Shown here piece after piece: positions 17,023 through 25,722 of a stretch of DNA of 27,486 bases. The translations under genes and the position numbers were made by a program. Under the pieces are notes generated by a model that saw nothing but the letters and a program-made list of their open reading frames with translations, searched no databases and was not told where the DNA came from. Origin of the DNA: an uncultured virus (IMG/VR IMGVR_UViG_3300011215_000019) (Duplodnaviria; Heunggongvirae; Uroviricota; Caudoviricetes); IMG/VR virus record IMGVR_UViG_3300011215_000019, positions 62,001-89,486 of that record; one strand, given 5' to 3'. How positions within the stretch are numbered: the first letter of the stretch is position 1; each line of letters starts with the position of its first letter.

Positions 17023-17823
17023 ATGATTTACCTCGGCACACTGGGCCGCATGATCGGCATCAAATGCCCGGCGCAACAGCAAGTCCAATCGGAAGAGCGG
17101 TATACGTTCCAGGCGACATTGGAAGGGCATAGAAAGGCGCAAGTCCGTCCACGCAACCCGCGTACGTGGTCCCTACAAACTTCCGATGCCACAACACCAC
17201 AGCAAGCACTCGCGTTAACGCAGTTTGCTTCTGGCGCATGGGGGCCTGGCCCGTTTGTGTTTGTGTCTGCGGACGCTCCTGTGACGAACATGCTTACCCC
17301 TGCTGCGGCGTCATGTTCGCCTGAGATGGCGGAGGGTTATTCGCATCTGTCTGGTGGTGGGCCGGTTCAGTTGGGTGGTGTTTGGGCTGCTCGGTCGTTA
17401 CTTAGTAGTAGTCCTGGTGCGTTACTGATCATCAATGAGAAAGTACCTGTTCTTCCGGGCGTCCCGGTGACTATCTCTGCTTGGGTTCGTGGCGATGGCG
17501 GTTACGTTCGCGTCAGTTTTTATGACACATCTGACACCGTGGTTGGTTCCGCATCGTCGTCGGTCAAGTCAACGGCCGGTACCGCGCAACGGTCTTGGGT
17601 TTCCGCTAATCCGCCAGTGGGCGCGGCGTATGCCCGGATCGTAGGCGTGGGAGTGACAATGCTTGCCTTGCCTGAACTGACATGGACTAACGAACTTCTA
17701 CCTGAAGCCGAGGGGCAGGGGTGCGCGCAGGCAGTAGTTCACTCTGCTTCGAGGGATTTGGTGCTGGCTGCGCCGAGGGCTGTTTTTTCAAACATTTCTT
17801 TCACCGTGACGGAGGTGGGCTAG
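17023..17823 (+). CDS. Distal tail (Dit-like) protein with probable carbohydrate-binding insert
   Basis: AGGAG RBS and ATG 17023; first gene after the tape measure; VPVLPG.PVTISAWV...VSFYD...PPVGAAYARI beta-sandwich pattern. Confidence 0.72.
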   Translation: MIYLGTLGRMIGIKCPAQQQVQSEERYTFQATLEGHRKAQVRPRNPRTWSLQTSDATTPQQALALTQFASGAWGPGPFVFVSADAPVTNMLTPAAASCSPEMAEGYSHLSGGGPVQLGGVWAARSLLSSSPGALLIINEKVPVLPGVPVTISAWVRGDGGYVRVSFYDTSDTVVGSASSSVKSTAGTAQRSWVSANPPVGAAYARIVGVGVTMLALPELTWTNELLPEAEGQGCAQAVVHSASRDLVLAAPRAVFSNISFTVTEVG

Positions 17824-20058
17824 TTGCAGGCCGGTTCGTTTGTGTCTTCTTCGATTGCCGGATGGAAATCAACTGTTCTTGTGAACGGTGTGGCCCGTGC
17901 GGTCGAGTCTTGGTCTGTTGACAGGGAATTGTCCGGCGATCTACCTGCGCAAGTCGTGGCCGGGTCGGGAATCGTTCAAGCTACAGGGAGTATCACCTGG
18001 GCGGCTCAGGAGGATGTTTCTTCGAAGGTGCAGAATCCGTGGAATACGTCCTCGGGATGGTTGCCCAACAAGGGTGACAAGGTAGAAATTTTTGCCGGAA
18101 CTCAAAGCACGATGTGGAAGCAGTTCACTGGAATTATCGACTCTACGACTGGCTCCGTTGGCGGAACTGTTCAGTCGAAGATTGTGGACGAAATCGATAA
18201 GCTTTCCGTGAAGTTGACCAGCGGAGCTCTCCTGGCTGTGATGCCTCCTACTTCACCTGGTGGCGCTTATCGTTCCTGCGGTCTTTCGAGTTCTTACTAT
18301 GTTGACCAAGCTTTTCGTGCCGCAGGTTTTTTCAGTACTCCAAAGCAAGAAGCAGGCAACATCTTTCATGCACCGATGCAGACATCCTTGTGGCCTGACC
18401 GAGGCGACCTGCTCTCAGCAACACGCTACAACGGGGATGCGATATACCCTAAAAATAGGCCAGCGCCTTGGGGATGGACTCTTTCGGATTTCGATGCGAA
18501 GTATAAACCTTCGCTGCCTTTGGAGCCGTCGGACAATTTGCAGTTGACTGTTTGTAGTGCTTCTTCTCATGCTGGGGCATTCACTTTTACTGTCGATTAC
18601 GGGTCGTCTTCGAAAACTGTTGCGCTGTCGGTTACGTCTGCTCGGGTTGCTATTGCGTATGTCAACGGGGTGGAGTCTTGCAGAGTTAGTCTCGGTAGTG
18701 CGACTATTGTTTCCGCGCTTTTTAAGGGGGCAACAGTTCAGGTTCGCACTAATGCTGGTGGTGCCGCTTCTGGCGCTGGCGCTCGTTCGGGGACTGCAAT
18801 TTCTCAGATTCGGTTACTAGGAAATGACAATGCGAGAATTGCCGGCGCTCAGGTCAGCTCTCCGGCTACGACGGATCAAGAGTTTCAATCGTTGCTCCAT
18901 ACGCCGACTGCTGTAATGGACATGAGCAACCCTTCCCTCAATGGGATTATGGATGCTGGGCCTGCGATACGTGGCGAGGACGCTTCAAGTCTGTTGCGGA
19001 GAATCAGCGAGGCCACCCTGACAGCGATGTGGATTGATGAACTTGGGGTAATGCGGTGGGTGCCATCGCCGGCCTTAAACGAGCGAGGATCCGTCAAGAC
19101 AGTGACTACTCGCGACGACATAGTGGCTCTCGACTGGGAGGACTCCTACCTTGGTGCAGCATCACGAGTGTCGGTCGTTGCGAAAGTAGCGTCAATATCG
19201 AGAAGCAAGCATGCTTCAATCACTTTGTGGTCCGGTTCAGGTGACTCATTGGAATCCGGTGAGGCCCGTGAAGAAGTTATGGAACCAGGCGCCGATGAAG
19301 ACTGGGTTATCCCGGCCTCGAACTTGCAGGTTGTCGGGACTGCGAACTGGGGTGCTTTCAACCTTCGCAGAGGTACTTTCGCCGGCGTCTACTACTCTTC
19401 AGATGGCCAGACGACCAGTGAGGCTGGGTTGTCCACGGAGATAACGATGGAGCGGCTATCTGTCGATCAGTTCCGCATCAAGCATCAGGCGGGATATATG
19501 CCTGCGGGTGTAGTTGCTAACCTTTCCACCTCCCCGTCAGCTGTGGCACTCTGGGATAACAACCGTAACCAGCCGCTGCCACGCTTGGGCGGGTACGGGA
19601 GGGTGATGTGGTCAGAAACAAACATCACGCCTATCACGGTTTCGGGCAAGGGACCGGAGTTCACTCACGACGCGGATGTGTGGAACAACCAGCGGAGCAG
19701 CACTGAAATCGTGGAACGGTTCGCAACGTTCCTCGCAGATCAGCTAAGGATGCCGAAACCTGTGATCACTGGGATGGAGATCATTCCAGACCCACGACTC
19801 CAACTTGGTGACGTGATCACTATCAACTCGCCTAGTCTTTTAGGCGTGCGGATCCGAGCGCTAATCGTAGGGATGTCTACTAGCTTTACGGATTCTGGGT
19901 TGACGCAAGACTTGTCAGTCCGCGTTCTTTCTGCGGTAACTCTGCACACCACGTACGAGGAATACGACAAGTCGTTGGGTGCTCAAGCCATGACTTATTC
20001 GCAGTGGCAGGCCATTGCTCCGTCCACTGAAAAATATAGCGACTGGAATGCAAGCTAG
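17824..20058 (+). CDS. Minor tail / baseplate hub (Tal-like) protein
   Basis: FTGIID, MWIDELGVMRW and DPRLQLGDVITI hub motifs; synteny. Confidence 0.8.
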   Translation: MQAGSFVSSSIAGWKSTVLVNGVARAVESWSVDRELSGDLPAQVVAGSGIVQATGSITWAAQEDVSSKVQNPWNTSSGWLPNKGDKVEIFAGTQSTMWKQFTGIIDSTTGSVGGTVQSKIVDEIDKLSVKLTSGALLAVMPPTSPGGAYRSCGLSSSYYVDQAFRAAGFFSTPKQEAGNIFHAPMQTSLWPDRGDLLSATRYNGDAIYPKNRPAPWGWTLSDFDAKYKPSLPLEPSDNLQLTVCSASSHAGAFTFTVDYGSSSKTVALSVTSARVAIAYVNGVESCRVSLGSATIVSALFKGATVQVRTNAGGAASGAGARSGTAISQIRLLGNDNARIAGAQVSSPATTDQEFQSLLHTPTAVMDMSNPSLNGIMDAGPAIRGEDASSLLRRISEATLTAMWIDELGVMRWVPSPALNERGSVKTVTTRDDIVALDWEDSYLGAASRVSVVAKVASISRSKHASITLWSGSGDSLESGEAREEVMEPGADEDWVIPASNLQVVGTANWGAFNLRRGTFAGVYYSSDGQTTSEAGLSTEITMERLSVDQFRIKHQAGYMPAGVVANLSTSPSAVALWDNNRNQPLPRLGGYGRVMWSETNITPITVSGKGPEFTHDADVWNNQRSSTEIVERFATFLADQLRMPKPVITGMEIIPDPRLQLGDVITINSPSLLGVRIRALIVGMSTSFTDSGLTQDLSVRVLSAVTLHTTYEEYDKSLGAQAMTYSQWQAIAPSTEKYSDWNAS

Positions 20059-20084
20059 AACTAACTGAGCCCAGGAGGCTATCA

Positions 20085-21602
20085 ATGACAGGCATGACGC
20101 CTAACTATCAAATCCGCTACCCCGAGCCCACGGACCTGCTCAAGGACCCAAATGTGTCAAGCAAGTTAGCCAATGACATGAGGGACGGTTTCCTTGATGT
20201 GGATAACGCGCTGGCGTCGGAGCTTGAACCGCTCAACGAACAAATGAAGTCGTCGTTACGGTTCGTAAGGAATCTTAATGCCGGAGAGAACCTCAACGAG
20301 ATTCTTGAACCTGGCATTTATGGAATCCCTTCTACCACTGTTTCGAGTGGTCTTCTGAACAACCCGCTTGCCTGGGGGGTAGCTGCCAGGGGCAATGTTG
20401 TTGTAACAGGCCCCACCTCCGGCAACAGGCAACAGTTTGTTTACGGTTCTGCTGGTCAGTATCTTTATCGGAACACTTTGAGTGGGGGAGGATTCTCTGA
20501 CTGGTATCCACTAGATGGTATTGGAAGCCCAGTGCCAGAGAATATCGTCATGCAGGAGTTTAGGGTTCCCGGGACCCACTATGTAGGATCTTCAGCCTGG
20601 GCTTCGACCATTTCAGGGCGACCCCCGATCAACCCTGCTCCTGCTGTTGTCTTGCAATTTGGGCATAATGGTGGTCCGTCTACGCAACGCATCTGGATGG
20701 ACCAGACCGGGCAGGGAATATGGGTACAGCGTCTGTATTCTGGGTGGCAGCCATGGGAACCTTTGGCCGACGGTTCAGGTTCAGGGTTCGATGTCACGAA
20801 GGGTCACTACGGATCGCCTAATCAACTGCGACTCGAAGCTTTCAAGGAGAAATACCCGCTTGTGAGCACTGGTGGGAAAGGTGCTGTGGTGGTCCGGTGG
20901 GATCATGGTTTGACAAACTTTAAGTCAGATCTGCTGCCACTTCATGAGCAGTTCAATATGCCTGGCATAATCGCGATGAATTCAAGAAACTGGGGCCACT
21001 CGGAGAACGCTGGAATGTCTAAAAGCGAAGCTGCGGCTCTTGCCTCGGGAACTCTGATTGAATGGGGAAACCACGGAGCAGACGGGGCGCCGGAAGGCCA
21101 GCCGCATAAGGACGATCCAACAAAGGACGGTCTGTGGGATCAAATTGTTGTCGGTAGGAAAGAATTGGAAGCCGATCTCGGTATAGGTATTCACGCTTAC
21201 TTACGGCCGGGAACCGATGGAACTCAGGGTGGTCTGGGAAACATAAGCACGATTGATCAGCTCACAGAAACATATGCAGGCGCGCTTGTTCTCGGCCATC
21301 ATGCGGTTACTAGCGGATACTTCCCTAACAGTGCCAGCCGTGTCCTTGACGGAAAAATCAAGCAGGGTCAGGCGCATTGGAACATGGAGCAGCAAACTGT
21401 GGCTAGCGTTAAGACTCAGATCGACAATGCCATTGCTGCGAAGCGTTGTTTGTGCATTATGGGCCATCCGAGGAACTTGAATAAGCCGGGCTATTACACG
21501 ACGGCCGACGTGCAGGAAATTTTCGCGTACATCAACACGAAAATCCAGGAAGGCTTGTTATTTAGGATAAGCCCTCTCCAATCCTTGAATTCCACGCTAT
21601 AA
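20085..21602 (+). CDS. Tail fibre/receptor-binding protein with knob-like repeats and C-terminal CE4 (NodB) polysaccharide deacetylase-like domain
   Basis: AGGAGG RBS; TPNYQIRYPEPTD tail-attachment-type N-terminus; VVVRWDHG, EWGNHG...H, LRPG and IMGHP motifs. Confidence 0.72.
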   Translation: MTGMTPNYQIRYPEPTDLLKDPNVSSKLANDMRDGFLDVDNALASELEPLNEQMKSSLRFVRNLNAGENLNEILEPGIYGIPSTTVSSGLLNNPLAWGVAARGNVVVTGPTSGNRQQFVYGSAGQYLYRNTLSGGGFSDWYPLDGIGSPVPENIVMQEFRVPGTHYVGSSAWASTISGRPPINPAPAVVLQFGHNGGPSTQRIWMDQTGQGIWVQRLYSGWQPWEPLADGSGSGFDVTKGHYGSPNQLRLEAFKEKYPLVSTGGKGAVVVRWDHGLTNFKSDLLPLHEQFNMPGIIAMNSRNWGHSENAGMSKSEAAALASGTLIEWGNHGADGAPEGQPHKDDPTKDGLWDQIVVGRKELEADLGIGIHAYLRPGTDGTQGGLGNISTIDQLTETYAGALVLGHHAVTSGYFPNSASRVLDGKIKQGQAHWNMEQQTVASVKTQIDNAIAAKRCLCIMGHPRNLNKPGYYTTADVQEIFAYINTKIQEGLLFRISPLQSLNSTL

Positions 21603-21645
21603 GCGCAGCGAGACGCAGGACGCAGTGCTTTAGGGGTGCCACTAT

Positions 21646-21888
21646 TCAGGGGTTGCAGTAGTGTTCCTCGCCGAGGGTTCCTAAGAAGGACGATTCGCAT
21701 CTGGGACATGTTGATACTCCGTAGCCAAGTTGGTATTCAACCTCGTCCAATAAGTTCTGCCCGTGAGGGCAAGAGTGTCCAAAGTTCGGTTGATGGTGGA
21801 CGGCGGGAATCGTTTTTTCACAACTATCGCAGTAGATCAATTTGATGCGATTTGAATCAATTTTCTGTCCGTACACGTCAACAACCAA
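21646..21888 (-). CDS. Putative small Cys/His-rich zinc-binding protein (antisense moron)
   Basis: CDSC, CPH, CPRC, HYC; GAGG upstream of TTG; locally AT-richer. Confidence 0.45.
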   Translation of the reverse strand: MVVDVYGQKIDSNRIKLIYCDSCEKTIPAVHHQPNFGHSCPHGQNLLDEVEYQLGYGVSTCPRCESSFLGTLGEEHYCNP

Positions 21889-22027
21889 GGCGGCCTCGCA
21901 TAATCGTGCATCAGAACCTGGAATGTCTGATGGGATGGTAGTGGTTTCCCATCATTCTATCCGAGTAATCCCCGATTGTTCTCTCGGAGTTTTGCGCATC
22001 AAATCTCTACCACTGCGGAGGTACTGA

Positions 22028-22190
22028 ATGGATCAGATCCCTTGGGCGGCGATAGGTGCGCCCTTACCCAGTTACCGTGCCGACCCGGAAGGAACGCATG
22101 CCTGCTATCCCTGAAATCCTCGGTGGCCCGAATGGCCGGCTCGGCTGGACGATCTTCAGAGAACAACAGAAACACAACAAGGACTAGCCA
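22028..22190 (+). pseudogene. Relic of a membrane-protein gene (MDQIPWAAIGAP...)
   Basis: GGAGG RBS and ATG; stop after 28 codons; the same frame continues NPRWPEWPARLDDLQ. Confidence 0.4.
22029..22063 (+). repeat. 35-bp direct repeat, copy 1
   Basis: TGGATCAGATCCCTTGGGCGGCGATAGGTGCGCCC; 34/35 identical to 23473-23507. Confidence 0.95.
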
Positions 22191-22209
22191 CCGCTGGTCT
22201 ATATTTTTT
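22182..22209 (+). terminator. Intrinsic terminator-like hairpin
   Basis: GACTAGC-CACC-GCTGGTC followed by TATATTTTTT. Confidence 0.5.
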
Positions 22210-22228
22210 GCCCGAAGGAGGCTATCGT

Positions 22229-23335
22229 ATGAGCGCTTTGCCAGCTGAGTTGAGCACCGGGATGGTGCATGGCCGGTTCATTGTCGCGCTGGTTGACGGT
22301 GATGACGCTGATCAGGAACCGGAGGTGATCCCAGCGACTGGTCGTGTGTCGTTCAAAGCGTCGGTTGGGTATGTTCCCGTGCCGGTGACTGCTGAGGGGC
22401 CTGTGACGGTGATGAAGGGCCCCATCGTCGGTGTGCTGGATAATGAAGGGTATTTGTCGACCCCGCACCCTACGACTGGTGAACCAATGTACCGGGGCGT
22501 GAAACTCTTGGCGACGGATGACCCGGACATGGCCGTCAAGGATTGGACGTGGACGGCGGATTATCGTTTCGATTCGGTGAACGCGACCACCATGCAGATC
22601 CCCGCGCACAGCTTCGCCCTGCCGTCAGGTTCCACCTTAGATCTAACCACCATGGTTAAGGTCCCATCGTCGCCAGGGTACGGTCTGCCACAAGCTGAAG
22701 CGGCAGCGCTACGTGCTGAGACTGCGTCCGCGGAGTCGATTACTGGTGCTCAGGTGGTGGACGATGATCTGGTGCTTTTACGCCGCAATGGCGAGCAGAT
22801 CAACGCCGGCCCGGTTAAGGGGCCTCCAGGTGCTGATTCAGTGGTGCCGGGTCCGCGGGGCGAACAGGGTCCTGCAGGAATTTCGAATGCTAACCAGTTC
22901 TATAAGGTTTCCGAGACGGCCGGCCGCACCGTATCCGTCTGGGACTACCTCAAAAACCGTGATCAACTGATCTACGGTGATACCGGGATACGTGACATAA
23001 CCGCCCTTGCTCCAAACGTGACGGCGGGGAAGCTCTACCTTTATCGCGACGGGCAGACCGTGACGATGATCTTCGATGCTGTCCAGATGGCCGGTGCTAG
23101 TGGCGGTAGTTACGACATGATCGCCGCCGGGGGAATCCCAACTGGATTTCGGCCTACTCGAACATTTTGGTTCAACGGCATTGATGGCCCACCTGGGCTG
23201 CGCCGAGTTGGCGTTGCCGCGTCAGGATGGGTTCCTGTGTATCTTTCTCCGGCCCCAGGTGACGTGTATCGAGGAACGATTTCCTGGCGAACTATCCAAC
23301 CTTGGCCGACGACGTTACCGGGGGTAGCAGCATGA
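22229..23335 (+). CDS. Second tail fibre/receptor-binding protein with short collagen-like linker
   Basis: AAGGAGG RBS and ATG 22229; GPVKGPPGADSVVPGPRGEQGPAG; C-terminal LYRDGQTVTM...IPTGFRP head-domain pattern. Confidence 0.78.
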   Translation: MSALPAELSTGMVHGRFIVALVDGDDADQEPEVIPATGRVSFKASVGYVPVPVTAEGPVTVMKGPIVGVLDNEGYLSTPHPTTGEPMYRGVKLLATDDPDMAVKDWTWTADYRFDSVNATTMQIPAHSFALPSGSTLDLTTMVKVPSSPGYGLPQAEAAALRAETASAESITGAQVVDDDLVLLRRNGEQINAGPVKGPPGADSVVPGPRGEQGPAGISNANQFYKVSETAGRTVSVWDYLKNRDQLIYGDTGIRDITALAPNVTAGKLYLYRDGQTVTMIFDAVQMAGASGGSYDMIAAGGIPTGFRPTRTFWFNGIDGPPGLRRVGVAASGWVPVYLSPAPGDVYRGTISWRTIQPWPTTLPGVAA

Positions 23336-23472
23336 TGCACGAACTAGACGAACTGGGCGAACCGATCCACGTGGATATTGACCCGTTCATCCCCACCGGC
23401 ACCTGCGCGATCTGTGCAGGAGTCGAACAAGAGGACCTACCGCCCGAGGAACGCAACCCACAGGAGGAATAG
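23332..23472 (+). CDS. 46-aa acidic protein (fibre-associated, not in ORF track)
   Basis: MMHELDELGEPIHVDIDPFIPTGTCAICAGVEQEDLPPEERNPQEE*; ATGA overlap with the fibre gene. Confidence 0.6.
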   Translation: MMHELDELGEPIHVDIDPFIPTGTCAICAGVEQEDLPPEERNPQEE

Positions 23473-23507
23473 TGGACCAGATCCCTTGGGCGGCGATAGG
23501 TGCGCCC
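23473..23507 (+). repeat. 35-bp direct repeat, copy 2 (within 18-codon ORF 23472-23528)
   Basis: TGGACCAGATCCCTTGGGCGGCGATAGGTGCGCCC. Confidence 0.95.
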
Positions 23508-23527
23508 GCTGATTGGAGGTGGGCGTG

Positions 23528-24010
23528 ATGCCTACGCATGTTTTCAAACCGACCCGGAACCCGCCCCGATGGTGGGACAGGCTTTTGGTTCACCCCTTGG
23601 ATATGACGGTGGCTGTGGTCGCTGTCCTGTTCGGTGTGCTGGTGGTGTTGTCGTTGTTCGTGCCGGAGTTCATTCCGTCGAAGAGCATGGACAAGATGCC
23701 GTGGCCGATCGTGATTCTCGTGTCGGGGTTCCTCGGCACCGGGGGAATGATGTCGCTGATTGGGTTGAACTGGTGGGGTGACAATGTTTCCACGGGCTGG
23801 GCTGTTGAACAGTTCGGCTGGTGGTTCACCGCCGGAGGATTCGCCACCTACGCGCTCAGCGTCTCGTGGCACTATCCGGGCTCCTTGTTCTCATGGGGTG
23901 TTCCACTCGCGCTCGGCATCGGTTCCCTGATTAGGGCGATATCGATCATCATGATCGAACGTTCCGTGCGCGCCACTCTAAAGGAAGTGGAGGAACACAA
24001 CCATGGGTGA
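23528..24010 (+). CDS. Four-TM membrane protein (lysis cassette)
   Basis: GGAGG (23515-23519) then ATG 23528; four hydrophobic segments. Confidence 0.75.
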   Translation: MPTHVFKPTRNPPRWWDRLLVHPLDMTVAVVAVLFGVLVVLSLFVPEFIPSKSMDKMPWPIVILVSGFLGTGGMMSLIGLNWWGDNVSTGWAVEQFGWWFTAGGFATYALSVSWHYPGSLFSWGVPLALGIGSLIRAISIIMIERSVRATLKEVEEHNHG

Positions 24011-24413
24011 AGCCTCAATCGTTGCAATCATCATTGCTGTGCTGGGGGTAGCGGGCGGCGGCGGCTATTGGGGTTACAAGCAGTTCAAACGTGAAGCGCC
24101 CGTGAAGAAACGGGACGCTGATATTGCTGTGGCTGAGAAGTCGCAACAGATGGCGCTCGCGGTCGCGGAAGAATCACGCAAGGACATTAAGCGGTTGCGT
24201 GAAGACGTCACCTACGAACGGGAAGAACGGCAGAAACTCTCCGGACGTGTCGACTCGTTGGAAACACAGGTTCGGGAGCAGAACCGGACCATCCAAGCGC
24301 TCCGTGAAGGGCTTCGGATATTCCATGCTGCATGGGATGACCTGACGCATCGTTGGGCGCATTACCGGCAGTCTGAGCACCCGCCAGCACGCCCGAACAT
24401 CACCATCGACTGA
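24003..24413 (+). CDS. Single-TM coiled-coil membrane protein (lysis cassette)
   Basis: N-terminal TM helix, heptad-rich middle, Pro-rich end; GGAGG RBS. Confidence 0.78.
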   Translation: MGEASIVAIIIAVLGVAGGGGYWGYKQFKREAPVKKRDADIAVAEKSQQMALAVAEESRKDIKRLREDVTYEREERQKLSGRVDSLETQVREQNRTIQALREGLRIFHAAWDDLTHRWAHYRQSEHPPARPNITID

Positions 24414-24463
24414 CCGCCGTAAGCGGTCATTAGTTTTGCCCCGTCACAGTCGTGTGGCGGGGC
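24411..24463 (+). terminator. Two tandem stem-loops before the endolysin
   Basis: TGACCGC-CGTAA-GCGGTCA+TTAGTTTT and GCCCCGTCAC...GTGGCGGGGC. Confidence 0.5.
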
Positions 24464-24486
24464 TTCGTCATACCTAGGAGCTAAGC

Positions 24487-25344
24487 ATGGGAAAGATGGT
24501 TTCCCCTTTTGAAGGGCGCTTCACCCAGAATCACGGAGACAAGGGCGGATACCCGGGACACAAGGGCGTGGACATCGCACCGCCGAAGCCGGGACAGGTC
24601 GGCATGCCAGTTTACGCCGCATTCGACGGCACCATCCGCGTGCTGCACCGTACCGCCAAGCCGGGCAACAAGAACAGCACGTGGGCCAAGGGTCGCACCG
24701 GCAACGGCATGCTGGTATCCAACCCGGACGGCGAAGGCAACGGCTACAACCACATGCGCCCGCTGGACCACTTCAAGGTGGGGGACAAGGTCGTCGCGGG
24801 GCAGCTGCTCGGCTACAACGACCGCAGTGGTAACCAGACCGGCCCGCACCTGCACTTCGAACTGTGGGCGGACTGGCGCAACTCGAATTCGGACTACGCG
24901 CCGGAGAAAGCCTTCGCCAAGTTTGGTATTGACGAAGGCTCAGCACCGGAACGTACCAGTGTTGCCCCGGTGAAGCCTGCCGGCGGCGGGTCAAGGCCAG
25001 CAGCCAAGCCGTCCATACCGGCTGACGTGGTGAAGAAGCTCAAGGCCATGGGCTACAAGAACCCAGACGCAGGCGACGTCGAGAAGTACCAGGCATGGCA
25101 CGGACTCATCCCAGACGGCAACTGGGGCGACCGAACCGAAGCCAAGTACCAGGAAGTCGTCCGCGCACAGAACGCCACCAAGAAGATGCTCGGCGTCCCG
25201 GACAACTGGGCCTCCGACGGCTACTGGGGCACCACCTCGAAGAAGTGGGCAGGCTACACCTCCGGCCGCAACGGCTGGAACAACCCGCACGGGTACCTCA
25301 CCAAGAAGTACATCGGTAATCTCAAGAAAGCGCAGGCATGGTAA
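24487..25344 (+). CDS. Endolysin: M23 metallopeptidase plus peptidoglycan-binding domain
   Basis: HKGVD (HxxxD) and GPHLHFE (HxH); Pro/Ala linker; YQAWHGLIPDGNWGDRT and DGYWGTTS PG-binding repeats. Confidence 0.92.
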   Translation: MGKMVSPFEGRFTQNHGDKGGYPGHKGVDIAPPKPGQVGMPVYAAFDGTIRVLHRTAKPGNKNSTWAKGRTGNGMLVSNPDGEGNGYNHMRPLDHFKVGDKVVAGQLLGYNDRSGNQTGPHLHFELWADWRNSNSDYAPEKAFAKFGIDEGSAPERTSVAPVKPAGGGSRPAAKPSIPADVVKKLKAMGYKNPDAGDVEKYQAWHGLIPDGNWGDRTEAKYQEVVRAQNATKKMLGVPDNWASDGYWGTTSKKWAGYTSGRNGWNNPHGYLTKKYIGNLKKAQAW

Positions 25345-25637
25345 TCATGACTGAAACAGCTATGGCCCTCTGGGCCTCCATCGTCCGAACCATCGTCCCG
25401 CTGATCGTTGGTGGAGTGCTGTCGTTCGCGGTGGTACTCAACGTCCCGCTGGATCCAGAGTTCGAGAAGCTGCTCACCGCGTTGCTCACTGCTCTGCTGA
25501 CCGCCCTGTACTACGTGCTGGTGCGTCTGTTCGAGACGTACATCAGCCCGAAGCTCGGCTGGCTGCTCGGCTACGCCAAGTCGCCGGACTCGTACTCGGA
25601 AGACACCCCCGGCAAACACGTAGCCGAAAATAAGTGA
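25338..25637 (+). CDS. Holin (start may be ATG 25347)
   Basis: SIVRTIVPLIVG...YYVLVRLFE...LGWLLG pattern of actinophage holins; follows the endolysin. Confidence 0.8.
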   Translation: MVIMTETAMALWASIVRTIVPLIVGGVLSFAVVLNVPLDPEFEKLLTALLTALLTALYYVLVRLFETYISPKLGWLLGYAKSPDSYSEDTPGKHVAENK

Positions 25638-25665
25638 TAGTAAGGGAAATCCTTACTATCACTTA
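25631..25665. repeat. Perfect 15-bp AT-rich inverted repeat
   Basis: TAAGTGATAGTAAGG-GAAAT-CCTTACTATCACTTA. Confidence 0.9.
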
Positions 25666-25671
25666 AAAATC

Positions 25672-25706
25672 AGACCCCCGGATCTCGCAATGAGATTCGG
25701 GGGTCT
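25672..25706. terminator. Terminator between convergent holin and lipoprotein genes
   Basis: AGACCCCCGGATCTC-GCAAT-GAGATTCGGGGGTCT; T-tract on the minus strand. Confidence 0.7.
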
Positions 25707-25722
25707 ACACGTGTTTAAGAGG

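Noticed and set aside
22029..23507. Direct repeats as CRISPR, DGR template/variable repeats, att sites or IS target duplication
   Set aside because: Only two copies, no adenine-specific mismatches, and no reverse transcriptase, transposase or invertase in the window
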